A stretch of 46,579 bases of DNA from Ghiorsea sp. GTDB taxonomy: Bacteria > Pseudomonadota > Zetaproteobacteria > Mariprofundales > Mariprofundaceae. How positions within the stretch are numbered: the first letter of the stretch is position 1; each line of letters opens with the position of its first letter. Both the position numbers and the translations under genes were made by a program. The notes beneath the pieces are model-generated. The model made no database searches and was not told the origin of the DNA. It saw nothing but the letters and a program-made list of their open reading frames with translations. This document shows positions 1 through 6,644 of the stretch, piece by piece. The DNA lies in contig JALUNK010000225.1 in the NCBI GenBank assembly GCA_027055255.1, forward strand, positions 1 through 46,579, read 5' to 3'.

Positions 1-149
1 AAGACATGAACATACCAGGTTGGCGGTTTCATGCCTTAAAAGGTGACATGTTAAACTTTTATTCAGTGCGTGTTGATGGCAACTGGCGGCTTACATTTAC
101 CTTTGAAGGGAATGATGCAGTGCTGGTTGATTATCAAGACTATCATTAG
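1..149 (+). CDS. higB: HigB-like (RelE/ParE superfamily) toxin, 5' end truncated by window edge
   Basis: Not in the ORF track. Frame from nt 3 reads DMNIPGWRFHALKGDMLNFYSVRVDGNWRLTFTFEGNDAVLVDYQDYH*, the typical HigB C-terminus. Stop TAG 147-149 lies just before a higA-like gene. Confidence 0.9.
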   Translation, partial: DMNIPGWRFHALKGDMLNFYSVRVDGNWRLTFTFEGNDAVLVDYQDYH

Positions 150-159
150 GAGATTGGAT

Positions 160-456
160 ATGAAACGAATGGTATGCCCCACACATCCCGGTGAAATCTT
201 AAAAGAAGATATATTGCCTGAATTAGAAATCACAGTTACCGAAGCCGCGAGCCAGCTTGGTGTTACTCGCGTTGCCTTGTCTCGTGTTATCAATGGTAAA
301 GCAGGCATTAGCCCTGATATGGCATTGCGCTTGGCTGCATGGTTAGGCAGCAGCCCCGAATCATGGATAAATATGCAATCGGCTTATGACCTTTATCAAG
401 CATCACAAAAGAAACGCCCCAATATCAAACCAGTGCAAGAAGCTGTGCATGTTTAA
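160..456 (+). CDS. higA: HigA family antitoxin (XRE HTH)
   Basis: THPGEILKEDIL, LGVTRVALSRVING, ISPDMALRL and WINMQSAYDL motifs. ATG 160 follows GGAG and is preferred over the track start at 70, which overlaps higB. Confidence 0.9.
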   Translation: MKRMVCPTHPGEILKEDILPELEITVTEAASQLGVTRVALSRVINGKAGISPDMALRLAAWLGSSPESWINMQSAYDLYQASQKKRPNIKPVQEAVHV

Positions 457-500
457 CCAGAAGCTACGGACTTGCTGGTGATGATGGTGAGAGATAATAG

Positions 501-1040
501 ATGAGTGAGCAAAGTATAATTCCAGTTGAAAGGCTGCAACAAAGCATTCTGTTTATGCGTAAAGAGAAGGTGATATTGGATTCTGACCTTGCAGAACTGT
601 ATGGTGTGGAAACAAAAGCATTAACCCGAGCTGTTAAACGTAACCTTGAGCGTTTTCCTGAAGATTTTATGTTTCAATTGAGTAAGGAAGAGTTTGAACA
701 CTTGAGGCACCATTTTGGCACCTCAAGTCAGTGGGGAGGTAGGCGTTATCCACCTTATGCATTTACGGAACAAGGTGTTGCTATGCTTTCGAGTGTTTTA
801 AGAAGTACACGAGCTGTGCAAGTGAACATAGAAATCATGAGAACTTTTGTGCAATTAAGAAAAGAAAGCACCATAAATAAGTCGCTTTCTCGTAGGCTGA
901 GTAAACTTGAGCAAAAATATGATAAACAGTTTGTTGTTGTGTTTGATGCACTAAGAAACCTTATTGAGCCACCAGTTACAGACAAACAACCTCTTGGGTT
1001 TGTTCACCCAAAGAAAAAGGATAAGAAACATGAAGGGTGA
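501..1040 (+). CDS. ORF6N domain DNA-binding protein
   Basis: [37 protein letters not shown] and [24 protein letters not shown] are typical ORF6N motifs. Confidence 0.9.
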   Translation: MSEQSIIPVERLQQSILFMRKEKVILDSDLAELYGVETKALTRAVKRNLERFPEDFMFQLSKEEFEHLRHHFGTSSQWGGRRYPPYAFTEQGVAMLSSVLRSTRAVQVNIEIMRTFVQLRKESTINKSLSRRLSKLEQKYDKQFVVVFDALRNLIEPPVTDKQPLGFVHPKKKDKKHEG

Positions 1041-1054
1041 AAAAATGGTAAATC

Positions 1055-1077
1055 AATCGAGTCTGACCCCCTCGATT
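1055..1077. repeat. Small hairpin AATCGAG-TCTGACCCC-CTCGATT
   Basis: Perfect 7-bp inverted repeat (1055-1061 / 1071-1077) with a 9-nt TCTGACCCC loop, 14 nt after the ORF6N stop. Confidence 0.55.
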
Positions 1078-1082
1078 ATTAT

Positions 1083-1118
1083 GGTATGGGCTTTACGTTG
1101 GCTTCGGCTTTGAATCAT
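1083..1118 (+). repeat. 36-bp intergenic near-copy of 2846-2881 (fragment of the methyltransferase gene)
   Basis: ggtatgggctttacgttggcttcggctttgaatcat vs ggtatgggctttacgctggcttcggctttaaaacat, 33/36 identical by manual alignment. Confidence 0.85.
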
Positions 1119-1160
1119 CCAAAGCCTTCAAAGAACATTTAAGATGAATATCTAATGTAA

Positions 1161-2438
1161 TCAACCGAGCCTAACTCCATTGGTTACCGTTCGCGCATGA
1201 TAAGACCGAATTGCAGACTTGAACTTAGCGGATAATGCGGAAATATCTTTAAGAATATTATAGTCTATATCAATGGTTTCGCAGCCTAACTCTGCTTGAT
1301 AAATAAACTTTGATGGTTGCTTGCTAAATAAAGCATCAAGCCCAAGTATTTCTCCTTCTTTAGTACGCCCACAATAACTTAAGCTTCCATCTGCTTCTTC
1401 TTCGTAAAGGTGTACATGCCCTTGTGCAACAAGCTTAACACATGGGAAAAGTTCACCTGCTTTTTTAAGCTCATCACCATCGTTATATGTAGATACGGTA
1501 GTAAGTTTGGCCATCCAAGGCATTAAAATGGAAGGAAGATTAATAAAAAGGTTTGAACTCGAAAGCTTGGCTAACTTAAAGCGTGTAGTTGCTTCTTCTT
1601 CAAACAAGTTATGCAAGTTATATTCTTGCAATGCTTCTTTAATTTCTTGTGGCGTAAATTTTAATAAAGTACAATCTTTTTGTGCAATGACCGTAGCATA
1701 ACGATGCCTCTTATAGAGCTCTTTATCCACTTGATTGCCTCGATATGTGGTCGGTTCGGCTTTAACTTTGGATTCTTGATTGGAGTCAGCCACAACAGAG
1801 CCGCGATACATCACTGGTTTCTTCTCAGCTGTGGTTGCGTCATCATAAACTTTGGTTTTTGTACCCCGGTACATGACTATTTTGTATGCTTTTTCCCCTT
1901 CGTTTGAATCCTCACCATTTTCTTCCTCATGTTCATTGGCTACAAGATGCTCTTCAGATTTAGCATCATACTCAAATGCAACTTGACCCGGACCTAGCTT
2001 CAGCAAAAACACATGCTTATCTTCTATCTTATTGACCACTGCCAACTCGCCTTCAACAACAAGGTAAACGTAATCGACAAGGTCTCCTTTTTTATACAAG
2101 CTAGTGCCTTCCTTGAGCTTAACTTGTTTCATTTTCTGGGAAATAATATTCATTTCTTTATTTAGACGGATAAAAGAATCTGAAAAATATTGTTTTTTAC
2201 TGCTGTCAGCTTCTTTACCAAATTGTTTAAGAATAGCTTTGCTTTGCGTCTTATTATTTTCAGCAACAAAAAGTGCATGAGCCTTTCTGGCTGAAAATAT
2301 GCCGAGAATTTTATTATTTGTTCCCATATAAGATTCAGCTAATCTGAAACGAAATACTGGATCGTCAGGCTGATTAGCACAAAACTCTAGCAAGCGTTTT
2401 CTACTTAATGTTTTTTGTTGGCTTTTGGTGTCAGTCAT
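1161..2438 (-). CDS. Cyclic nucleotide-binding domain protein (helical/TPR-like N-terminus plus two degenerate cNMP domains)
   Basis: CNB motifs LKEGTSLYKKGD..YLVVEGEL..LGPGQVAFE..RYATVIAQKDCTLL and YNDGDELKKAGE..LVAQGHV..EGEILGL. ATG 2438 has an AGGGGAAGG RBS-like sequence upstream. Confidence 0.75.
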   Translation of the reverse strand: MTDTKSQQKTLSRKRLLEFCANQPDDPVFRFRLAESYMGTNNKILGIFSARKAHALFVAENNKTQSKAILKQFGKEADSSKKQYFSDSFIRLNKEMNIISQKMKQVKLKEGTSLYKKGDLVDYVYLVVEGELAVVNKIEDKHVFLLKLGPGQVAFEYDAKSEEHLVANEHEEENGEDSNEGEKAYKIVMYRGTKTKVYDDATTAEKKPVMYRGSVVADSNQESKVKAEPTTYRGNQVDKELYKRHRYATVIAQKDCTLLKFTPQEIKEALQEYNLHNLFEEEATTRFKLAKLSSSNLFINLPSILMPWMAKLTTVSTYNDGDELKKAGELFPCVKLVAQGHVHLYEEEADGSLSYCGRTKEGEILGLDALFSKQPSKFIYQAELGCETIDIDYNILKDISALSAKFKSAIRSYHARTVTNGVRLG

Positions 2439-2635
2439 ACCTTCCCCTATTTTAGGTAAGTCTTCGCACCAATCCTTTGCATGAATTATGACCACAATAG
2501 ATGGCTAAATAAGCTATGTAAAGCTCTTTCAATCATCTAATTTATATGGTCTTTAATGCTTTAGTGGCTTATCTATGGATTTGATTACGCTTAGAGAGAC
2601 TTGATGTATTTCTATTAACTGTCTTAATCTGGCGC

Positions 2636-3313
2636 ATGAGCGAATACACCCTACTTGATACTTCTACTGAACATGGATTAACCATGCGTATATTTCAGCG
2701 TGATGAAGCGTTTTCCATTCGTGTGGACAGCGAAGATAGTGAGCTGATGAATAATGGCTTTCATTATTCGGAGGATGTGTTGGCAGAGCTTGCTTGCGCA
2801 CCCATTAAAGATAGAGCGAAAGCGCATGTGTTGGTGGGCGGCTTGGGTATGGGCTTTACGCTGGCTTCGGCTTTAAAACATGTAAACGCTGATGCCACGG
2901 TGACAGTGAGCGAGCTGATGTCGGCAGTGGTGCGTTGGAATGAGTTATACCTTGGCAAAGGTGCAGGGTTTCCGCTTAGAGATAAACGAACGCGTGTTAT
3001 CAATCAGGATGTGGGCAAGGTGATGAGTGAGCATAAGGGTAGCTTTGATGCGATTATGCTTGATGTGGATAATGGACCCGATGGTTATACACGAGATAGC
3101 AACGACTCCTTGTATGGTTTGAACGGGTTGACCAATGCTCATGAAGCATTGAAAAGTGGTGGTGTGCTCACGGTGTGGTCTGCGGCACCTGATATTGAAT
3201 TTACCCAGCGTATGATGAAGGTGGGCTTTGAAGTGGAGCAACAACTGGTGAAAAGCCATCCGCAACAAACGCATGGCGCTAGGCATACGATTTGGATAGG
3301 CACACGCTACTGA
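2636..3313 (+). CDS. Spermidine synthase-like class I SAM-dependent methyltransferase
   Basis: VLVGGLGMGFTL SAM-binding motif and FDAIMLDVDNGP. Confidence 0.85.
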   Translation: MSEYTLLDTSTEHGLTMRIFQRDEAFSIRVDSEDSELMNNGFHYSEDVLAELACAPIKDRAKAHVLVGGLGMGFTLASALKHVNADATVTVSELMSAVVRWNELYLGKGAGFPLRDKRTRVINQDVGKVMSEHKGSFDAIMLDVDNGPDGYTRDSNDSLYGLNGLTNAHEALKSGGVLTVWSAAPDIEFTQRMMKVGFEVEQQLVKSHPQQTHGARHTIWIGTRY

Positions 3314-3315
3314 GG

Positions 3316-3400
3316 CTACCCCGTACCCCAGGGCATCTTATCTCGCTCTGCGATTCACCTTATCAGCTTCGCTGCCACCCCTTCAAAAATGAAGGGGAAT
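3316..3400. repeat. REP-like palindromic element interrupted by a 39-bp insert
   Basis: Hairpins CAGC-TTC-GCTG (3364-3374) and CCCCTTCA-AAAA-TGAAGGGG (3378-3397). Removing 3324-3362 gives CTACCCCGTCAGCTTCGCTGCCACCCCTT, which I recall as a recurrent REP-like repeat. Confidence 0.55.
3324..3362. mobile_element. 39-bp mini-insert, copy 1 (YACCCCAGGG-N19-ATTCACCTTA)
   Basis: Same ends and same length as copy 2 at 3484-3522. Internal hairpin TCGC-TCT-GCGA. Confidence 0.55.
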
Positions 3401-3469
3401 AAAAGCAGTCATTTCCGCAACAATCACATGATGCAGAGGCTTTAGGCTTATTTCACAAGCTTCCTCATT

Positions 3470-3580
3470 CGTCATTCCCGCGCCACCCCAGGGTGTACTC
3501 TCTGCCTTGGGCATTCACCTTAAGGCGGGAATCCAGTGGTTGCAAAGTTTGTGTGGACTCCCGCCTTCGCGGGAGTGACG
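3470..3580. repeat. Inverted pair of CGTCATTCCCGCGNAGGCGGGAATCCA-type REP/dRS3-like repeats
   Basis: Right unit 3554-3580 (revcomp cgtcactcccgcgaaggcgggagtcca) is intact. Left unit 3470-3535 is the same repeat split at its loop by a 39-bp insert. Confidence 0.8.
3484..3522. mobile_element. 39-bp mini-insert, copy 2
   Basis: caccccaggg-tgtactctctgccttgggc-attcacctta sits in the loop of the REP palindrome. Internal hairpin TGCC-TTG-GGCA. Confidence 0.6.
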
Positions 3581-3632
3581 GGAATTTTGAGTGATACGTG
3601 TAAACCTTCCCCAAAGATAAATACTGACTAGA

Positions 3633-4757
3633 GTGTGTCGCGTGAGTTTATCTGATATTGGATTAGACAGTTGGTTTGAAGAATATGTGCAGGCGTTTTG
3701 CGGTGAAGGGCAAAGTGTGGCGCGTGTGGTGGCTGTGGATAGGGATAGGCTTGTGGTGCATGACGGCACGCGAGAATTATCCGCAGAATTGTTGGGTAAA
3801 TTCTTTTATGGTGCAGAACGGGCAACTGCATTCCCTTGTGTGGGTGATTGGGTATGCCTTGAACATCATGATGCAGAAACAGCGGCATCCCATCAGTTTG
3901 CCAGCATTCATACCGTATTACCGCGCAAAACCCTGCTCAAGCGCAAAGCATCGGGTTATGATGATGAATTCCAACTTCTAGCTGCCAATATTGATACGGC
4001 ATTGATTGTGATGGCATGTGATTATGATTTTCATGTGCGTAAACTTGAGCGATTTTTGGTGTTGGTGAATGAAGGACATATTGAGCCTGTATTGATTCTG
4101 ACCAAAACTGACTTGATGCATCCCGAAGATATTGAGGATTTATTATTTGATATTGAAGATGCGGGGATAAGCTTAAAGATTATTCAGTTGAGCAACAAAA
4201 CGGGCGCAGGCATTGAAGAAGTTCGAGCGCTGATTCAGCCCAAGAGGACCTATTGTATGGTGGGTTCATCGGGGGTGGGTAAAAGCTCGCTGATGAATCA
4301 ATTGCTGGGTGCAGATAAGTTTGAAACCCAAGAAGTTAGCGCTAATGGCGAAGGGCGACATACCACGGTGCGCAGGCATTTGATGCTGCTTGAGCAGGGC
4401 GGTATGATCGTGGATATGCCGGGTATGCGAGAGTTGGCGATTGCGGAAGTGAGCGAAGGTATTGAAGAAAGCTTTGAAGATATTTTGGAGTTGGCTTTAT
4501 CATGTAAATTTTCTAATTGTGGGCATAGCAATGAGCCAGATTGTGCGATTGTGCAAGCCATTGAAAATGATGAACTTGATATTGATCATTACGATAACTA
4601 CTTGAAAATTCAGAAAGAATCAGCACATCATAAAACAACATATATCAAAGAAAGGCGCAAAGGCAAAAATGCCAGCCGCCTTGCTGAATCCAAGACACGC
4701 AATAAAAAACAACGCTTAACAGAAAGTGAATTCAAAGCATCTAAACTTAAACCCTAG
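3633..4757 (+). CDS. rsgA: Ribosome small subunit-dependent GTPase A
   Basis: PCVGDWV, AANID, TKTDL, GSSGVGKSS, GRHTT, DMPG and zinc finger CKFSNCGHSNEPDC. Start may be GTG 3642. Confidence 0.92.
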   Translation: MCRVSLSDIGLDSWFEEYVQAFCGEGQSVARVVAVDRDRLVVHDGTRELSAELLGKFFYGAERATAFPCVGDWVCLEHHDAETAASHQFASIHTVLPRKTLLKRKASGYDDEFQLLAANIDTALIVMACDYDFHVRKLERFLVLVNEGHIEPVLILTKTDLMHPEDIEDLLFDIEDAGISLKIIQLSNKTGAGIEEVRALIQPKRTYCMVGSSGVGKSSLMNQLLGADKFETQEVSANGEGRHTTVRRHLMLLEQGGMIVDMPGMRELAIAEVSEGIEESFEDILELALSCKFSNCGHSNEPDCAIVQAIENDELDIDHYDNYLKIQKESAHHKTTYIKERRKGKNASRLAESKTRNKKQRLTESEFKASKLKP

Positions 4758-4761
4758 TTGT

Positions 4762-6024
4762 TCAAAGGTTGGTATTTTTCAACTCAATCCAGCGTGACAT
4801 GAATTCTGTGCTGCGGTGATGATGATGGTTAAGCATGAGTCCCAAAAAATTCTTTTGTCGGTTCACTTCCACATGTTCTTTTGCTTCAAGGATACGAGCG
4901 AGTAGCCCTTGTTGATTGGTTTCTTTGTTAAAGAGTGTGTTTACAATTTTATAACCATTGTCTTGGGCTTGTTGCCACTGGGTTTTATTCTCATGCAGAG
5001 CAACGGCTGCTTTGGCAAAGGCTTGAGCTTCATCTTCAATGCTTCCCGCCCAATCTAAGCCGCCTGTCATGCCTTCTGCACCTATGCTTGTTGTTACACT
5101 TGCTGTGCCAAAGCGCATGGCATCCGCAAGCTTGGTTTTGATGCCTGCACCAAAGCGAAGTGGAGCAAGGCAAACACGCGCGGTGCTCATTACTTCTTGT
5201 ACACTTTCAGCTCTATCTTTAATCAGAAAACCTTGTTTAATATTGTTTAAAGCTGTGGCTTTGGGTGGGGTGTATGCGCCATAAATATGCAGCTCTGCTT
5301 CTGGAAGTTGCTTTCGAATCAAGGGCCAAATTTCTTCTTTAAGCCAAAGTACAGCATCCCAGTTGGGGGCATGCCTGAAATTGCCAATGGTCATAAAATG
5401 ATTTCGTTGCGCAAAGCTTGGGCTATTCGCAATGTCTGGTGCTTCCAACATAAAAGGACAAAGGTGAAGTAGGTCTTTGGAAATTCCGAAGTGAGATTGC
5501 AATAAATCATACTCATCATTGGATATAATGATGGATAAGTCGGAGCGATAGATAGCTGCGATTTCGCGCAACGCAATGTCATTATGTAACATGTCTGACG
5601 AGAAAGGTTTATCTGCTTTAAAGGCTTGGTGACGGGCTTCTCTTAGGCAATGCAAATCAATGGTTTCAAGGATGCGCAGTGCATTAGGGCAAGCTTGGGC
5701 TACACGCCAACCAAATTGCTCTTCCATCATAAAGCGGTCAAATAAAACAATATCAGGGTTTAATTCAGTGATAAAAGTATCAAAGCTGCTGCAATTTAAG
5801 GCGACTTCTTGAGTGTTAATGCCCAATGGTTGCAAAGCTTGGGTGGCTTCATTATCAGATGCAGCGCAAGCAAAGGTGATTTTCCACCCTTGGCTTTGGA
5901 ACAGACAAATATGTTCCATCAAACGCTTGCTCGCCCCCGTGGACTCTGGCTCTGCCCAAACTAACCCGAGTATGAGTACACTTTGCTGCTTAGTTGGCAT
6001 GGGAAAGGGGCAATGTGCAGACAA
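4762..6024 (-). CDS. Glycosyltransferase (GT-B fold, family 4-like)
   Basis: IGNFRHAPNWDAV, APLRFGAGIKTKL and VTTSIGAEGM. Start could be ATG 6000. Confidence 0.85.
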   Translation of the reverse strand: MSAHCPFPMPTKQQSVLILGLVWAEPESTGASKRLMEHICLFQSQGWKITFACAASDNEATQALQPLGINTQEVALNCSSFDTFITELNPDIVLFDRFMMEEQFGWRVAQACPNALRILETIDLHCLREARHQAFKADKPFSSDMLHNDIALREIAAIYRSDLSIIISNDEYDLLQSHFGISKDLLHLCPFMLEAPDIANSPSFAQRNHFMTIGNFRHAPNWDAVLWLKEEIWPLIRKQLPEAELHIYGAYTPPKATALNNIKQGFLIKDRAESVQEVMSTARVCLAPLRFGAGIKTKLADAMRFGTASVTTSIGAEGMTGGLDWAGSIEDEAQAFAKAAVALHENKTQWQQAQDNGYKIVNTLFNKETNQQGLLARILEAKEHVEVNRQKNFLGLMLNHHHHRSTEFMSRWIELKNTNL

Positions 6025-6082
6025 GTATCGACATTGAAAATTCAGCGAGTAGATTTGGCTGACTTAATTTGGAGGCTATATT

Positions 6083-6331
6083 ATGGCTCGTGTTACCATT
6101 GAAGATTGTATTCGTCATTATCCTAATCGCTTTGAGATGATTGTTCTTGCTGCGCGCCGTGCGCGTCAGTTGCAGAATGGTATGCCAAGTGTGTTGGAAA
6201 ATGAAGGACATAAACCAACTGTGCAGGCTCTTAAAGAGCTTGGCGAAGGTTATGTGAACTGGGATAATGTGTATGAGCTTGAAGAGCAAGAGCGTGAACA
6301 AGCTCAAGCCCAAGAAGAGCTTGCAGCTTAA
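6083..6331 (+). CDS. rpoZ: RNA polymerase omega subunit
   Basis: MARVTIEDC..NRFEMIVLAARRARQL..KPTVQALKEL, GGAGG RBS, upstream of spoT. Confidence 0.97.
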   Translation: MARVTIEDCIRHYPNRFEMIVLAARRARQLQNGMPSVLENEGHKPTVQALKELGEGYVNWDNVYELEEQEREQAQAQEELAA

Positions 6332-6333
6332 TT

Positions 6334-6600
6334 AGGGTCTGTGCACATTATTTTAATGTTGTCGCTGCTACTCCAAATGAGACCAACCAAGACGCGAGGT
6401 GTGAGGTTTGGTGACTCCAAATGAATGGCGAGCAACGCCGAGTGGTCTCATTTGGAGCGCAGCCCTCAGGGATTGGTCATTTTCCCGTCCTGCTGTGTTA
6501 TCGCAAGCTTATGTACAACAAGCACATTTCACTTACAAAGCCTTGCAGGAATGGAAAAATGACCGAATCGACAGTGTCAAAATTAGTGTGAACAGATCCT
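6334..6600. mobile_element. MITE-like non-autonomous element (~267 bp) with terminal inverted repeats
   Basis: TIRs agggtctgtgcacatta (6334-6350) and tagtgtgaacagatcct (6584-6600) are 14/17 complementary and extend imperfectly to about 30 bp. Internal perfect 15-bp IR 6371-6385 / 6443-6457 and a second IR 6475-6493 / 6545-6564. No transposase ORF. Confidence 0.75.
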
Positions 6601-6644
6601 GTATTCTTTCTGTGCGGCTTATTGAATAAACAGGATTTGTTTTC

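Noticed and set aside
3324-3522. CRISPR-like repeat/spacer reading of the conserved-end, variable-middle units
   Set aside because: Only two units, conserved blocks of just 9-10 bp, no regular array and no cas genes. Better explained as inserts in REP-like repeats.
3515-3888. Minus-strand ORFs 3515-3769 and 3628-3888
   Set aside because: Antisense to rsgA and the first runs through the REP repeat; no recognisable motifs.
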